64,000 nt of DNA from an uncultured Gammaproteobacteria bacterium. Its GTDB lineage: Bacteria; Pseudomonadota; Gammaproteobacteria; Steroidobacterales; Steroidobacteraceae. Below, piece by piece: positions 54,479 through 64,000 of the stretch. The translations under genes and the position numbers were made by a program. The number at the start of each line of letters is the position of its first letter. Positions within the stretch are counted from its first letter, which is position 1. Below the pieces are notes generated by a model, which saw only the letters and a list, made by a program, of their open reading frames with translations, was not told the origin of the DNA and made no database searches. Location of the stretch: positions 248,197 through 312,196 of the forward strand of contig CAVSZK010000021.1 of the NCBI GenBank assembly GCA_963732415.1, written 5' to 3'.

Positions 54479-57400
54479 ATGCTCATACTCAGCGGGGCCC
54501 CCGCGGCTTCGGATTTCCGGCTCGCGAAACTCCTGTCTTCGATCCGGGAACGGACCGGCTCGATTGAGCGCCTGGATTCCCGATACGTTCACTTCGTGGA
54601 CCTCGAGCGCGATCTCGACGCCGGCCAGGCGTCGATCCTCGACTCGCTGCTTCGCTACGGACCCGAGGCCCCGGTCGCGCTGCCGGCCGGCAGACTGGTG
54701 CTGGTCTTGCCGCGATTCGGCACTGTTTCACCCTGGTCGAGCAAGGCGACGGACATTGCGCATGTCTGTGGACTCGCACCGGTGCGCCGCATCGAGCGTG
54801 GCATCGCGTACTACCTCGACGGGCCGGGCCGCCTGACGGAGGAGGAGTGGCGCGAGGCGGCCGACCCGCTGCACGACCGGATGACCGAGGCCGTGCTGCG
54901 CGAACTCGCCGAGGCGGCCGGGCTCTTCCAGCACGCGTCGCCCAGGCCGCTTGCGATCGTTCCGCTCGCGGCGCAGGGACGGGTGGCGCTGGAGTCCGCC
55001 AACGTTGCGCTCGGGCTGGCACTCTCGGACGACGAGATCGACTACCTGGTGGATGCATTCCGCGCACTCGGCCGCGATCCCGCGGACGTCGAACTTATGA
55101 TGTTCGCGCAGGCCAACTCCGAGCACTGCCGTCACAAGATTTTCAATGCCGACTGGATCGTGGACGGTGTGCGCGGCGACAAGTCGCTGTTCGCGATGAT
55201 CCGCAACACGCATGCCCGCAGTCCACAGGGCGTGCTCTCGGCCTACCGTGACAACTCCGCGGTGATCGAGGGTTGGCAGGGGCGTCGCTGGTTCGCGCAA
55301 CCGGGCGGTGGACCCTACGCGGGCGCGGACGAGCCCATCGACATCCTGATGAAGGTCGAGACGCACAACCATCCGACCGCAATATCGCCGTTCCCGGGCG
55401 CGGCCACCGGTTCGGGCGGCGAAATCCGCGACGAGGGTGCGACCGGCCGCGGCTCAAAGCCCAAGGCCGGCCTGGTCGGCTTTTCGGTGTCGAACCTGCG
55501 CATTCCTGGAGCCGTGCAGCCCTGGGAGCAGGACCTCGGCAAGCCCGATCGCATCGTCTCGGCGCTTGCCATCATGCTGGAGGGCCCGATCGGCGCGGCG
55601 TCGTTCAACAACGAGTTCGGGCGCCCGGGCATCTGCGGATATTTCCGCACGTTCGAGCAGCATGTCGAGGCCGAAGGACGCTCGCCGCTGCGCGGTTATC
55701 ACAAGCCCATCATGATCGCCGGCGGTCTCGGCAACATCCGGCGGCAACATGTCGAGAAGTCGCCCATCGTGGCCGGCGCGAAGATCGTGGTGCTGGGGGG
55801 ACCCGCGATGCTTATCGGCCTCGGTGGCGGCGCGGCCTCGTCGGTCGGCGCCGGCGCCAGTTCGGCGGATCTCGATTTCGCATCGGTGCAGCGCGGCAAC
55901 CCGGAGATCCAGCGCCGCGCGCAGGAAGTCATCGATGCATGCTGGGGCCTGGGCGAGGCAAACCCGATCCTGCTGATCCATGACGTCGGCGCGGGTGGGT
56001 TGTCGAACGCAGTGCCCGAGTCGGTCGCCCACGACGGCTGCGGTGGTCGCGTCGACCTGCGAAAGATACAGAGCGACGAACCCGGCATGTCGCCGCTCGA
56101 GATCTGGTGCAACGAAGCGCAGGAGCGCTACGTACTGATCGTGTCTTCGACGAAAGTCCAGCAGTTCGCAGCCTTCTGCGAGCGCGAGCGCTGCCCGTAT
56201 GCCGTCATCGGCGAGGTGACCGGTGACGGGCTGTTGACCGTAGACGATCCGCTGTTCGGCAATGAGCCGGTTTCCATGCCGCTCGATACGCTGCTTGGAA
56301 AGCCGCCGCGCATGACCCGCGACGTGCGCAGGCTGCCCGGCGCGTCCGACGGGTTCGCGGGCGGCGATGTGGACCTGCGCGAGGCCGCATTCCGGTTGCT
56401 CAGGCTGCCCACCGTCGCCGACAAGACATTCCTGATCACCATCGGCGATCGTTCGGTAGGCGGGATGATCAGCCGCGACCCGCTCGTTGGCCCGTGGCAG
56501 GTGCCGGTGAGCGACGTGGCCGTGACGCTGAGCGACTATTTCTCCTCGCACGGCGAGGCGATGGCGATGGGCGAGCGTACGCCGCTTGCGCTGATCGATC
56601 CGGCCGCTGCGGCGCGCATGGCCGTGGCCGAAGCCGTGACCAATATCGCCGCAGCCGACATCGCGCGCATCGAGGACATCCGCCTGTCTGCAAACTGGAT
56701 GGCGGCCTGCGGCGAGCCCGGCGAGGACGCGGATCTCTACGACGCCGTGCGTGCGGTTGGCGAGGAGCTGTGCCCGGCACTCGGCATCGCGATTCCGGTC
56801 GGCAAGGACTCGCTGTCGATGAAGACCGCCTGGCAGGACGCCGGGGGAGTCCGCAAGGTGGTCGCGCCGGTGTCGCTGGTCATCTCGGCATTCGCGCCGG
56901 CCCGCGATGCGCGTCGCACGTTGACACCGCAGCTGCGGACCGACCGCGGCGAGACCGTCCTGCTGCTCGTGGATCTTGGCCGTGGCCGCAACCGTCTGGG
57001 CGGATCCTGCCTCGCGCAGGTGTACGGTCGCATCGGGTCCGGTGCGCCCGACTGCGATGACCCGTCCCTGCTGCGCGCGTTTTTCGCGGCGCTGGGGACG
57101 CTCCGTGACCTGGGGCTGGTGCTCGCGTACCACGACCGCTCCGACGGTGGCCTGTTTGTCACGCTGTGCGAAATGGCTTTTGCCGGGCGCTGCGGCATCG
57201 AGGCTGAGCTCGAGGCGGACGGGACCGGTGCCGCGGCGGCGCTGTTCTCTGAAGAACTCGGCGCGGTGCTGCAGGTCGAAGCCGCTGCGGCGCAGCGCGC
57301 GCTCGAGATATTCCGCGAGGCCGGTCTCGGCGACTGCGTGCGGCCGGTCGGCCGGGTCACCGGCGACGACGCACTGACGGTACGTATCGGCGGCAGGACG

Positions 57401-58372
57401 ATCCTCGCGGAGACCCGCACTGAACTCCGTCGCGCCTGGTCAGAAACCAGCTTCCGCATGCAGGCCATGCGTGACAACCCCGCCTGCGCGGCGGAGGAAT
57501 TCGAGCGGGCCACCGACGCCGCGGATCCGGGCCTCCACGCGCGGCTGACGTTCGAACTGGCCGATGACGTAGCTGCGTCATTCATCGCGAAGGGCGCAAG
57601 GCCACGAGTCGCAATCCTGCGCGAGCAGGGCGTGAACAGCCAGGTAGAGATGGCGGCCGCATTCCACCGCGCAGGATTCGCGCCGGTGGACGTGCACATG
57701 ACCGACCTTATTGCGGGGCGCACGCATCTCGACGAGTACGCGGGCCTGGTCGTCTGCGGCGGCTTTTCATACGGCGACGTGCTGGGCGCTGGCGAGGGAT
57801 GGGCGAAGTCGATCCTGTTCAACCCGGCGCTGCGAGCGCAGTTCGAGGCCTACTTCGGCCGGTCCGACAGCTTCACGCTCGGGGTCTGCAATGGCTGCCA
57901 GATGATGGCGGCGCTGAAGGCGCTGGTCCCGGGCGCGTCGCACTGGCCAAGGTTCGTGCGCAACCGGTCGGAGCAGTTCGAGGGCCGCGTCGGGCTGGTC
58001 GAGGTGCTGCAGTCGCCGTCGATCTTCCTCGCCGGCATGGCGGGCTCGGTGATGCCCATCGCGGTCGCGCACGGCGAGGGGCGGGCGGAGTTCTCGGATG
58101 CCTCTGCGGTTGACGCCTGCATCGCCACCGGTCTCGTCAGCATGCGCTTCGTGGACAACCACGGCCGCCCGGCCGCCGCGTACCCGGCAAACCCGAACGG
58201 TTCTCCGGGCGGTATCACTGGCCTCACCAGCGCCGATGGCCGCGCGACGATACTGATGCCGCATCCGGAGAGGGTGTTCCGGACGCTGCAGAACTCGTGG
58301 CACCCCGACGATTGGGCCGAGGACAGCGGCTGGATGCGGATGTTCCGCAACGCGCGCGCCTGGGTCCGCTGA
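54479..58372 (+). CDS. purL: Phosphoribosylformylglycinamidine synthase (large, single-chain)
   Basis: 1297 aa with full-length PurL architecture, including the C-terminal glutaminase ([14 protein letters not shown]). Confidence 0.97.
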   Translation: MLILSGAPAASDFRLAKLLSSIRERTGSIERLDSRYVHFVDLERDLDAGQASILDSLLRYGPEAPVALPAGRLVLVLPRFGTVSPWSSKATDIAHVCGLAPVRRIERGIAYYLDGPGRLTEEEWREAADPLHDRMTEAVLRELAEAAGLFQHASPRPLAIVPLAAQGRVALESANVALGLALSDDEIDYLVDAFRALGRDPADVELMMFAQANSEHCRHKIFNADWIVDGVRGDKSLFAMIRNTHARSPQGVLSAYRDNSAVIEGWQGRRWFAQPGGGPYAGADEPIDILMKVETHNHPTAISPFPGAATGSGGEIRDEGATGRGSKPKAGLVGFSVSNLRIPGAVQPWEQDLGKPDRIVSALAIMLEGPIGAASFNNEFGRPGICGYFRTFEQHVEAEGRSPLRGYHKPIMIAGGLGNIRRQHVEKSPIVAGAKIVVLGGPAMLIGLGGGAASSVGAGASSADLDFASVQRGNPEIQRRAQEVIDACWGLGEANPILLIHDVGAGGLSNAVPESVAHDGCGGRVDLRKIQSDEPGMSPLEIWCNEAQERYVLIVSSTKVQQFAAFCERERCPYAVIGEVTGDGLLTVDDPLFGNEPVSMPLDTLLGKPPRMTRDVRRLPGASDGFAGGDVDLREAAFRLLRLPTVADKTFLITIGDRSVGGMISRDPLVGPWQVPVSDVAVTLSDYFSSHGEAMAMGERTPLALIDPAAAARMAVAEAVTNIAAADIARIEDIRLSANWMAACGEPGEDADLYDAVRAVGEELCPALGIAIPVGKDSLSMKTAWQDAGGVRKVVAPVSLVISAFAPARDARRTLTPQLRTDRGETVLLLVDLGRGRNRLGGSCLAQVYGRIGSGAPDCDDPSLLRAFFAALGTLRDLGLVLAYHDRSDGGLFVTLCEMAFAGRCGIEAELEADGTGAAAALFSEELGAVLQVEAAAAQRALEIFREAGLGDCVRPVGRVTGDDALTVRIGGRTILAETRTELRRAWSETSFRMQAMRDNPACAAEEFERATDAADPGLHARLTFELADDVAASFIAKGARPRVAILREQGVNSQVEMAAAFHRAGFAPVDVHMTDLIAGRTHLDEYAGLVVCGGFSYGDVLGAGEGWAKSILFNPALRAQFEAYFGRSDSFTLGVCNGCQMMAALKALVPGASHWPRFVRNRSEQFEGRVGLVEVLQSPSIFLAGMAGSVMPIAVAHGEGRAEFSDASAVDACIATGLVSMRFVDNHGRPAAAYPANPNGSPGGITGLTSADGRATILMPHPERVFRTLQNSWHPDDWAEDSGWMRMFRNARAWVR

Positions 58373-58412
58373 CCGATCCGACAGTTCAAGACTGCCGGTT
58401 CCTGTCCGGTGG

Positions 58413-59129
58413 TCAGTCGCGGCCGGCGGCGCGGCCGATCGGAGTGATCTTGTCGAGCGTCTCTTCGGCGAAGAAGCGACGCACCATCATTGCCTGCTGC
58501 AGCTTGCCCTTGCGCACGTAGGCCTGGTAGAGCATGTCCTTGACGAGTTCGAGCAGTACGCTCGCCTCGTAGGCGCCGAGCTCCGGCATAGAGGGCGAGG
58601 CGTCGGCGTCCGAGCCGAATAGCACCTTCTTCACGACCGCGAACGTGTCGCTGTCGATCTCGGCCATCTCGCGCGCCTCGTTGATCTGGTTGTAGATCCG
58701 CAGGCGCCCGTTTTCCCCCAGGTTGGCGACTACCACCTGCGCCGTGCGCCTGCACATCGAGGCGAACGCATTGAAGTGGCCGGCCGAATAGCAGCCCAGT
58801 GCCTCGCGAAACAGCGTCTCGCTGTCCTCAGGCAGGTAGGTGAAGTTGAATTTCTCTCTCGCGCGCTCCAGTTCGACGAAGTGGTTGGCGAGCTCAACGC
58901 GATTCGCGGCGTACATCTTCACCGCGAAGCGCAGGAAGATCGGGGCGTTGCAGGAATCGCAGCGGTAGACGATGCCTATCTGGCTCGGGCGGTTCGCGAC
59001 GAGTTCCGAGTACAGCGGGATCGACACCGCAGTGATGTGAGAATACACCTGACAATGCGGACAGTTGAGCGCGAGGCTGCGCTCCTGGTCGTGATGTAGG
59101 CGGCCGCTTGAGTCGACGTGGACTGACAT
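58413..59129 (-). CDS. Hypothetical protein: N-terminal Cys4 zinc ribbon plus DUF4145-like helical domain
   Basis: 238 aa with CPHC..(33 aa)..CDSC, then LFREALGCYSAGHFNAFASMCRRTAQVVVANLG.. resembling DUF4145. GC3-rich codon usage supports a real gene. Confidence 0.6.
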   Translation of the reverse strand: MSVHVDSSGRLHHDQERSLALNCPHCQVYSHITAVSIPLYSELVANRPSQIGIVYRCDSCNAPIFLRFAVKMYAANRVELANHFVELERAREKFNFTYLPEDSETLFREALGCYSAGHFNAFASMCRRTAQVVVANLGENGRLRIYNQINEAREMAEIDSDTFAVVKKVLFGSDADASPSMPELGAYEASVLLELVKDMLYQAYVRKGKLQQAMMVRRFFAEETLDKITPIGRAAGRD

Positions 59130-59191
59130 CTGGCTGCATCCGCAAGGGTACGTGACCGAGTGTAGCCGATGCCGTGGCGCCCGGCACCTGC

Positions 59192-59845
59192 TCAGCCGCG
59201 CGGCGGTGCAAGCACCGGGATCTCGGTGCCAGCCGGCTGCGCCACCAGGCCGTCAGCCGTCGCGACGATGATGAATTCCGCGCCGTCGGTTATCGGCTGC
59301 CACGCGGTTTCGGCGACTCCAGCCTCGGCATGGCGCGACCAGCGGGTGCTGCCACTGATCCGGGCCCAGACATCCAGTCCCTGGCTGCTCGCGAGGGCAT
59401 AGCTGCGACCGCCGCCGGCGCTGTCGGCGTCCGCGGCGCCGACGATCGGGCGTGATTCAAGCCGGTCGAGGCGATAGGCGGGCTTGAGGCCTAGATCCGT
59501 TGCCAGACCGTGCCAGTGCAAGGTCTTCGCCTCGACCTGCCAGTTCTCGCCCGCCAATTCGAATACCTGTACGCGGCCCCAGGGCAGCCGGACCAGGGTC
59601 GCCCGGTAACGACCCGGTTCCGCCTCGTCGAAGTGGATTCTGGCGAGCGCCATGCCGGGCCGCAGCGGCTCGTAGCTCGCCAGGCCCTCGGCCGCCGTCC
59701 AAAGGAAGGCCGCGACTGCGGCACAGGCGGCGGCGAGCGCCACGTGTCCGAGTGACGCGAGGCGGCGCCGTGCCAGCCAGCGGCTCCAGGCGAGCAGGGC
59801 TGCGACCAGTGCGAAGCAGGCGAGGGTGACGGCTATGCCTCGCAC
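59192..59845 (-). CDS. Hypothetical membrane protein (2 N-terminal TM helices plus ~150-aa soluble domain)
   Basis: 217 aa with a GTG start 8 nt after the hutH stop, TM helices GIAVTLACFALVAALLAW and VALAAACAAVAAFLW, and no family that I recognise. Confidence 0.55.
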   Translation of the reverse strand: MRGIAVTLACFALVAALLAWSRWLARRRLASLGHVALAAACAAVAAFLWTAAEGLASYEPLRPGMALARIHFDEAEPGRYRATLVRLPWGRVQVFELAGENWQVEAKTLHWHGLATDLGLKPAYRLDRLESRPIVGAADADSAGGGRSYALASSQGLDVWARISGSTRWSRHAEAGVAETAWQPITDGAEFIIVATADGLVAQPAGTEIPVLAPPRG

Positions 59846-59852
59846 TTGCGAC

Positions 59853-61367
59853 CTACGTGATCAACCGCGCGAGTTCGCCGTCGCGCACCAGCTCGGCCAG
59901 GGCCGCGATGTCGCGGTCGAGCCGGTGGTCGTGCGCACGGTACGGAACCCGCTCGCGCACCATCGCGTGCACGCGCTGAAGTTCGGGGCTGGTAGTCAGC
60001 GGGCGCATGCCGTCGATTGCGTGCGACGCCGCGAGGAGTTCGATGCCCAGCACGGTAGCCGTGTTCGCGCAGATTTCCAGCAGCTTGCGCCCGGCCCAGG
60101 GTGCCATGCTCACGTGGTCTTCCTGGCCGGCCGACGTGGGCAGGCTGTCCACCGAGGCGGGGTGCGCGTAGGTCTTGTTCTCCGAGACCAGCGCCGCTGC
60201 CGTCACGTGCGCCATCATGAACCCGGACTCCAGCCCCGGCTCGGTTGCGAGGAACATGTTGAGGTTGGGGTTCACGCGGCGGTCGAGCAGGTCGATGCGG
60301 CGCTCCGAGATACTGGCGAGTTCCGCAACCGCGATGGCTAGAAAGTCGCTCACGAAGCCGATCGGCTCGGCGTGGAAATTGCCGCCCGACAGGATATCGT
60401 CGCCGAAAATCAGCGGGTTGTCGGACACGCCGTTCGCGGCCGCGCCCAGTACTTCACGCGCGTGACCGAGCGTGTGCTCGACGGCCCCGAACACCTGCGG
60501 CATGCAGCGCACGGCATAGGGGTCCTGCACGCGTTCGCAGTCCTCGTGGCTGCGGCGAATCTCGCTGTCGGTCAGCAGGCTGCGCAGGCGCGCGGCAACC
60601 TTGACCTGTCCCGGAAGGCGGCTGGCCTGCTGGATGCGGTCGTCGAACGGGGCGTGGCTGCCCGCGAGCCCCTCGACCGTGAGTGCGCCAGCTGCAATGG
60701 ATGCGTCGAGCAGTCGTTCCGCCTGGAACAGGCCCTCGAGCGCAAGCGCGAGCGAAAGTTGCGTGCCGTTGAGCAACGCGAGCCCTTCCTTCGCCTCGAG
60801 TTCCAGCGGCTGGTGTCCGGCTGCAGCCGGGACCGCAGGCCCCTCGATCGTGGTTCCACCGTGGGTCGCTTCGCCCTCTCCGGCGAGCGCGAGCGCTACA
60901 TGGGCGAGCGGAGCCAGGTCGCCCGATGCGCCGACTGAACCCTGGGCCGGGATGACCGGCAGCACGTCTCCGTTCAGGAACGCCAGCAGCATCTCGGCGG
61001 CGAGTGGCCGCGCGCCGGAAAAGCCGGCCGCGAGACTGTTGGCCTTCAGCAGCAGCATCCTGCGGACGATGGTCTCGGGCAGCGGCCGCCCGGTTCCGCA
61101 GGCGTGGCTGCGGATCAGGTTCAACTGCAGCTTGCGGGTCTTCGACGCCGGGATGACCTTGTTCGCGAAAGCACCAAACCCGGTGTTGATGCCGTAGGTC
61201 ACATCGCCGCGCTCGATTGTGCGCTGCACGGCTGCGCGTGACGCCTCCATGCGCTTGCGCGCGGCAGGCGCGAGTGTCACCCGCGGACGCCGCGCCTCGA
61301 AGCCGCGCAGCTGGGCGAGCGTCAGGCGGGTGCCGTCGATCTCGAGCGTCGGTCTGGTCCTGGCCAT
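59853..61367 (-). CDS. hutH: Histidine ammonia-lyase
   Basis: 504 aa with the MIO-forming triad in GSVGASGDLAPLAH, the Ser-His selectivity pair (LIRSHACG) typical of HAL rather than PAL/TAL, and the NGTQ and QEDHVSM motifs. Confidence 0.88.
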   Translation of the reverse strand: MARTRPTLEIDGTRLTLAQLRGFEARRPRVTLAPAARKRMEASRAAVQRTIERGDVTYGINTGFGAFANKVIPASKTRKLQLNLIRSHACGTGRPLPETIVRRMLLLKANSLAAGFSGARPLAAEMLLAFLNGDVLPVIPAQGSVGASGDLAPLAHVALALAGEGEATHGGTTIEGPAVPAAAGHQPLELEAKEGLALLNGTQLSLALALEGLFQAERLLDASIAAGALTVEGLAGSHAPFDDRIQQASRLPGQVKVAARLRSLLTDSEIRRSHEDCERVQDPYAVRCMPQVFGAVEHTLGHAREVLGAAANGVSDNPLIFGDDILSGGNFHAEPIGFVSDFLAIAVAELASISERRIDLLDRRVNPNLNMFLATEPGLESGFMMAHVTAAALVSENKTYAHPASVDSLPTSAGQEDHVSMAPWAGRKLLEICANTATVLGIELLAASHAIDGMRPLTTSPELQRVHAMVRERVPYRAHDHRLDRDIAALAELVRDGELARLIT

Positions 61368-61394
61368 GGGGTCCTCCGCGCGAGTGTAGCGGCT

Positions 61395-63062
61395 TCAGGC
61401 GTGCAGGCTGCGGTAACGCATCCGGTGCGGCTGCTCGGCGTCGTCGCCGCGCCGGCGCTTCAGGTCGTCGACGTACTCGGTGTAGTTACCTTCGAACCAG
61501 ACGACCTCGCTGTCACCTTCGAAGGCGAGTATGTGAGTCGCGATGCGGTCGAGGAACCAGCGGTCGTGCGATATGACCACCGCGCAGCCCGGGAACGAGA
61601 GCAGTGCCTCCTCGAGCGCGCGCAGTGTCTCGACGTCGAGGTCGTTGGTCGGTTCGTCGAGCAGGATGACGTTTCCGCCTTCTTTCAGCACCTTGGCGAG
61701 GTGCACGCGGTTGCGCTCGCCGCCGGACAATTCGCCGATGGCCTGCTGTTGCTGCGAGCCGCGGAAGTTGAAGCGGCCCACGTAGGCGCGTGAGGGTGTT
61801 TCGTAGTTGCCGACCTTGAGCATGTCGAGGCCGTTCGATATCTCCTGCCAGACCGTCTTCTTGTCGTCGAGCGTCTGGCGCGACTGGTCCACGTACGCGA
61901 GCTGCACGCTCGGTCCCATGCGGATCTCGCCCGAGTCGGCCGTCTCCTGCCCGGTGATGATGCGGAACAGCGTGGTCTTGCCGGCACCGTTCGGGCCGAT
62001 GATACCGACGATGCCTCCCTGCGGCAGGTTGAAGTCCATGTTCTCGAACAGGATCTTCTCACCGTAGGCCTTGGAGAGGCCCTTTGCCTCGACCACCAGG
62101 TCACCGAGGCGCGGGCCGGGCGGGATGTAGATCTCGTTGGTCTCGTTGCGCTCCTGGAACTCGCGCGACTGCAGTTCCTCGAAGCGCTGCATGCGCGCCT
62201 TGCTCTTGGCCTGGCGGGCCTTCGGGTTCTGCCGGACCCACTCGAGCTCGCGCGCGAGCATTTTCTTGAGCGCTCCCTGCTGCTGCTCCTCGACCTGCAG
62301 CCGCTTCTCCTTCTGCTCGAGCCACGAGGAGTAGTTGCCCTGCCACGGGATGCCGAAGCCGCGGTCGAGCTCGAGGATCCACCCCGCCACGTTGTCGAGG
62401 AAGTAGCGGTCGTGGGTCACCGCGATCACGGTACCGGGATACTGCTCGAGGTAGTGTTCGAGCCAGCGCACGGATTCCGCATCGAGATGGTTCGTGGGCT
62501 CATCGAGCAAAAGCATGTCGGGTTTCGACAGCAGCAGCTGGCAGAGCGCCACGCGCCGCCGTTCGCCGCCGGAGATCTTCGTCACGTCGGCGTCCCAGGG
62601 CGGCAGGCGCAGTGCGTCGGCGGCGACCTCGAGCTGCCGTTCCAGGTTGTGGCCGTCCGCGGCCTGGATGATGGCTTCGAGCCTGGCCTGCTCGGCCGCG
62701 AGCTTGTCGAAGTCGGCATCGGGCTCGGCGTAGGCGGCGTATACGGCGTCGAGCCCTGTCAGCGCGTCCTTGACCTGGCTCACCGCCACCTCGACGTTGC
62801 CGCGCACGTCCTTGGCGGGGTCGAGCTTCGGCTCCTGCTCCAGGAAGCCGATTCGGATGCCCGGCTGCGGCCGGGCTTCGCCCTCGAACTCCTTGTCGAC
62901 GCCGGCCATGATGCGCAGCAACGTGGATTTGCCGGAGCCGTTCAGGCCGAGCACGCCGATCTTGGCGCCCGGGAAGAAGCTGAGCGATATGTCGCGGAGG
63001 ATCATGCGCTTCGGGGGCACGATCTTCCCGACGCGATTCATCGTGTAAATGAACTGGGCCAT
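61395..63062 (-). CDS. ettA: Energy-dependent translational throttle protein EttA (ABC-F)
   Basis: 555 aa beginning [53 protein letters not shown], with two ABC cassettes. Confidence 0.95.
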   Translation of the reverse strand: MAQFIYTMNRVGKIVPPKRMILRDISLSFFPGAKIGVLGLNGSGKSTLLRIMAGVDKEFEGEARPQPGIRIGFLEQEPKLDPAKDVRGNVEVAVSQVKDALTGLDAVYAAYAEPDADFDKLAAEQARLEAIIQAADGHNLERQLEVAADALRLPPWDADVTKISGGERRRVALCQLLLSKPDMLLLDEPTNHLDAESVRWLEHYLEQYPGTVIAVTHDRYFLDNVAGWILELDRGFGIPWQGNYSSWLEQKEKRLQVEEQQQGALKKMLARELEWVRQNPKARQAKSKARMQRFEELQSREFQERNETNEIYIPPGPRLGDLVVEAKGLSKAYGEKILFENMDFNLPQGGIVGIIGPNGAGKTTLFRIITGQETADSGEIRMGPSVQLAYVDQSRQTLDDKKTVWQEISNGLDMLKVGNYETPSRAYVGRFNFRGSQQQQAIGELSGGERNRVHLAKVLKEGGNVILLDEPTNDLDVETLRALEEALLSFPGCAVVISHDRWFLDRIATHILAFEGDSEVVWFEGNYTEYVDDLKRRRGDDAEQPHRMRYRSLHA

Positions 63063-63155
63063 GGGTTCTCAGGTCGGCTGGGACGGAAAAAGGGCCGCGA
63101 TTATGCGGCCTTCGGGCGCGGCGCGTCACGGGCGACCGGGCATCGGTTGTAGCAC

Positions 63156-63272
63156 GGGCGCCGGTGTTGCGGTTCGCCCTGTCGGGGACGGCGTGAATCC
63201 ATCCCTGGAGCCTCGCGCGCGGCGTCCCTGCCGCGCGACGCCCCTCCAGGGCAACCCGCAACACCGGCGCCC
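63156..63272. repeat. Intergenic palindromic repeat element, copy 2 (inverted relative to copy 1)
   Basis: 26-bp arms GGGCGCCGGTGTTGCGGTTCGCCCTG and CAGGGCAACCCGCAACACCGGCGCCC (2 mismatches) flank a core. The reverse complement of the core contains the identical 31-mer GGCGTCGCGCGGCAGGGACGCCGCGCGCGAG. Confidence 0.65.
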
Positions 63273-63341
63273 TGCGCCGTGCCTGCCGATACGCGCCGGC
63301 GTTTGACGTTCGGGGCCACCGACCGGTCGGCGTTGCGAGGG

Positions 63342-63442
63342 GGTGCTGGGGCGGGGAGGCCGGGGCGTCGCGCGGCATGGACGCCGCGCGCGAGCCCCCA
63401 TGGACGGGTTCATGGCGTCCCCGGACTCGCCGCCCCAGTGCC
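63342..63442. repeat. Intergenic palindromic repeat element, copy 3
   Basis: Core GGCGTCGCGCGGCATGGACGCCGCGCGCGAGCCCCCATGGACGGGTTCATGGCGTCC (63364-63420) is flanked by 22-nt arms that pair 18/22 Watson-Crick plus 2 G-T. Confidence 0.65.
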
Positions 63443-63518
63443 GCCGACGCAGCGCTGGAACAGGCGTCCGCCAGCCTCGCTGCCACCGCGCCGCCGATGC
63501 AGCGCTGGAACCGACGTC
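63440..63518 (+). repeat. Two direct repeats with 50-bp period upstream of glyA
   Basis: GCCGCCGACGCAGCGCTGGAAC (63440-63461) and GCCGCCGATGCAGCGCTGGAAC (63490-63511) match 21/22. The similarity continues for about 7 more nt. A partial inverted copy (GTTCCAC) lies at 63548-63554. Confidence 0.5.
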
Positions 63519-63621
63519 TTCGCCCGGCGTGCCCGGCCGTGGTTGGCGTTCCACAGCCGTGGCTGCGGGAGTGTGCGGTCGCAACCGGCTACAATTGCGC
63601 GTTAACGACCGTGGAGTGCCA

Positions 63622-64000
63622 ATGTTCCCCGCCAGCATGAAAATCGCCGGGTTCGACCCCGAACTCGCGGCCGCGCTCGATCACGAGCGCGTACGCCAGG
63701 AAGAACACATCGAGCTGATTGCCTCCGAGAACTACGCGAGCCCGCGTGTACTCGAGGCACAGGGCTCGGTGCTGACCAACAAGTACGCCGAGGGTTACCC
63801 CGGCAAGCGCTACTACGGTGGCTGCGAGTACGTGGACGTGGCCGAACAGCTCGCGATCGACCGCGCGAAAAAGCTGTTCGGTGCCGCCTACGCGAACGTG
63901 CAGCCGCACTCCGGGTCGCAGGCGAACGTCGCCGCGTACCTCGCGTTGATCAGTCCGGGCGACACCATCCTCGGCATGAGCCTTGACCACGGTGGACACC
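63622..64000 (+). CDS. glyA: Serine hydroxymethyltransferase (5' part, runs off the window)
   Basis: Own translation from ATG 63622: [99 protein letters not shown]. It is missing from the ORF track, presumably because no stop lies in the window. The listed minus-strand ORF 63589..63999 is its antisense shadow. Confidence 0.93.
   Translation, partial: MFPASMKIAGFDPELAAALDHERVRQEEHIELIASENYASPRVLEAQGSVLTNKYAEGYPGKRYYGGCEYVDVAEQLAIDRAKKLFGAAYANVQPHSGSQANVAAYLALISPGDTILGMSLDHGGH

Noticed and set aside
55454-57133. 559-aa minus-strand ORF
   Set aside because: It is antisense to purL. The same reasoning applies to 24058..25221 (queA), 28817..30124 (secF/terC), 36311..37498 (rlmN), 42368..43885 (der) and 48907..50268 (guaA).
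63440-63518. CRISPR-like array
   Set aside because: Only two repeat copies are present, there are no cas genes, and the spacing and sequence are not CRISPR-like. No CRISPR array is seen anywhere in the window.
63530-63621. Possible ZTP/pfl-type or other riboswitch in the glyA leader
   Set aside because: I could not find the conserved GGGTCGTGAC..TGGCG..CCGCCTGGGC elements. Only a vague TGGCG match is present.
63589-63999. 136-aa minus-strand ORF at the window end
   Set aside because: It is antisense to the clearly recognisable glyA reading frame on the plus strand.

Overview
High-GC (about 66-67%) gammaproteobacterial chromosome segment, densely packed with conserved housekeeping genes. Synteny resembles E. 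coli and Pseudomonas: suhB/trmJ-isc, ndk-rlmN-pilW-rodZ-hisS-yfgM-bamB-der, xseA/guaBA-tadA/mltF/purL, queA-tgt-yajC-secDF, xerD-dsbC. Taxon guess is Xanthomonadales/Nevskiales-like, which cannot be verified without a search. I call about 55 CDS, including glyA, which runs off the 3' edge and is absent from the ORF track. I also call 1 SDR pseudogene, 2 tRNAs (Leu-CAA, Ser-CGA), a short/branched-chain acyl-CoA cluster (thiolase, two SDRs, ETF-QO, acetoacetyl-CoA synthetase, divergent IcmF) and a small family of intergenic palindromic repeats. Many long ORFs in the track are antisense or alternative-frame artefacts of the GC content, and several real genes start well inside their listed ORFs; I corrected these starts. 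I found no CRISPR array, transposase, integrase (other than xerD), prophage, toxin-antitoxin pair or recognisable defence or secretion operon. I therefore do not see a convincing multi-gene novel system. The most unusual items are: (i) an orphan TagH-like FHA gene plus a DUF1820-like gene inserted at tRNA-Ser between mltF and purL; (ii) a hutH / 2-TM protein / zinc-ribbon DUF4145-like string; (iii) a reduced ISC operon with an IscU-like protein keeping only one of three cluster-ligand cysteines; (iv) a repeat family with a conserved core and copy-specific complementary arms. All functional calls rest on motif recognition by eye, and no database search was run.
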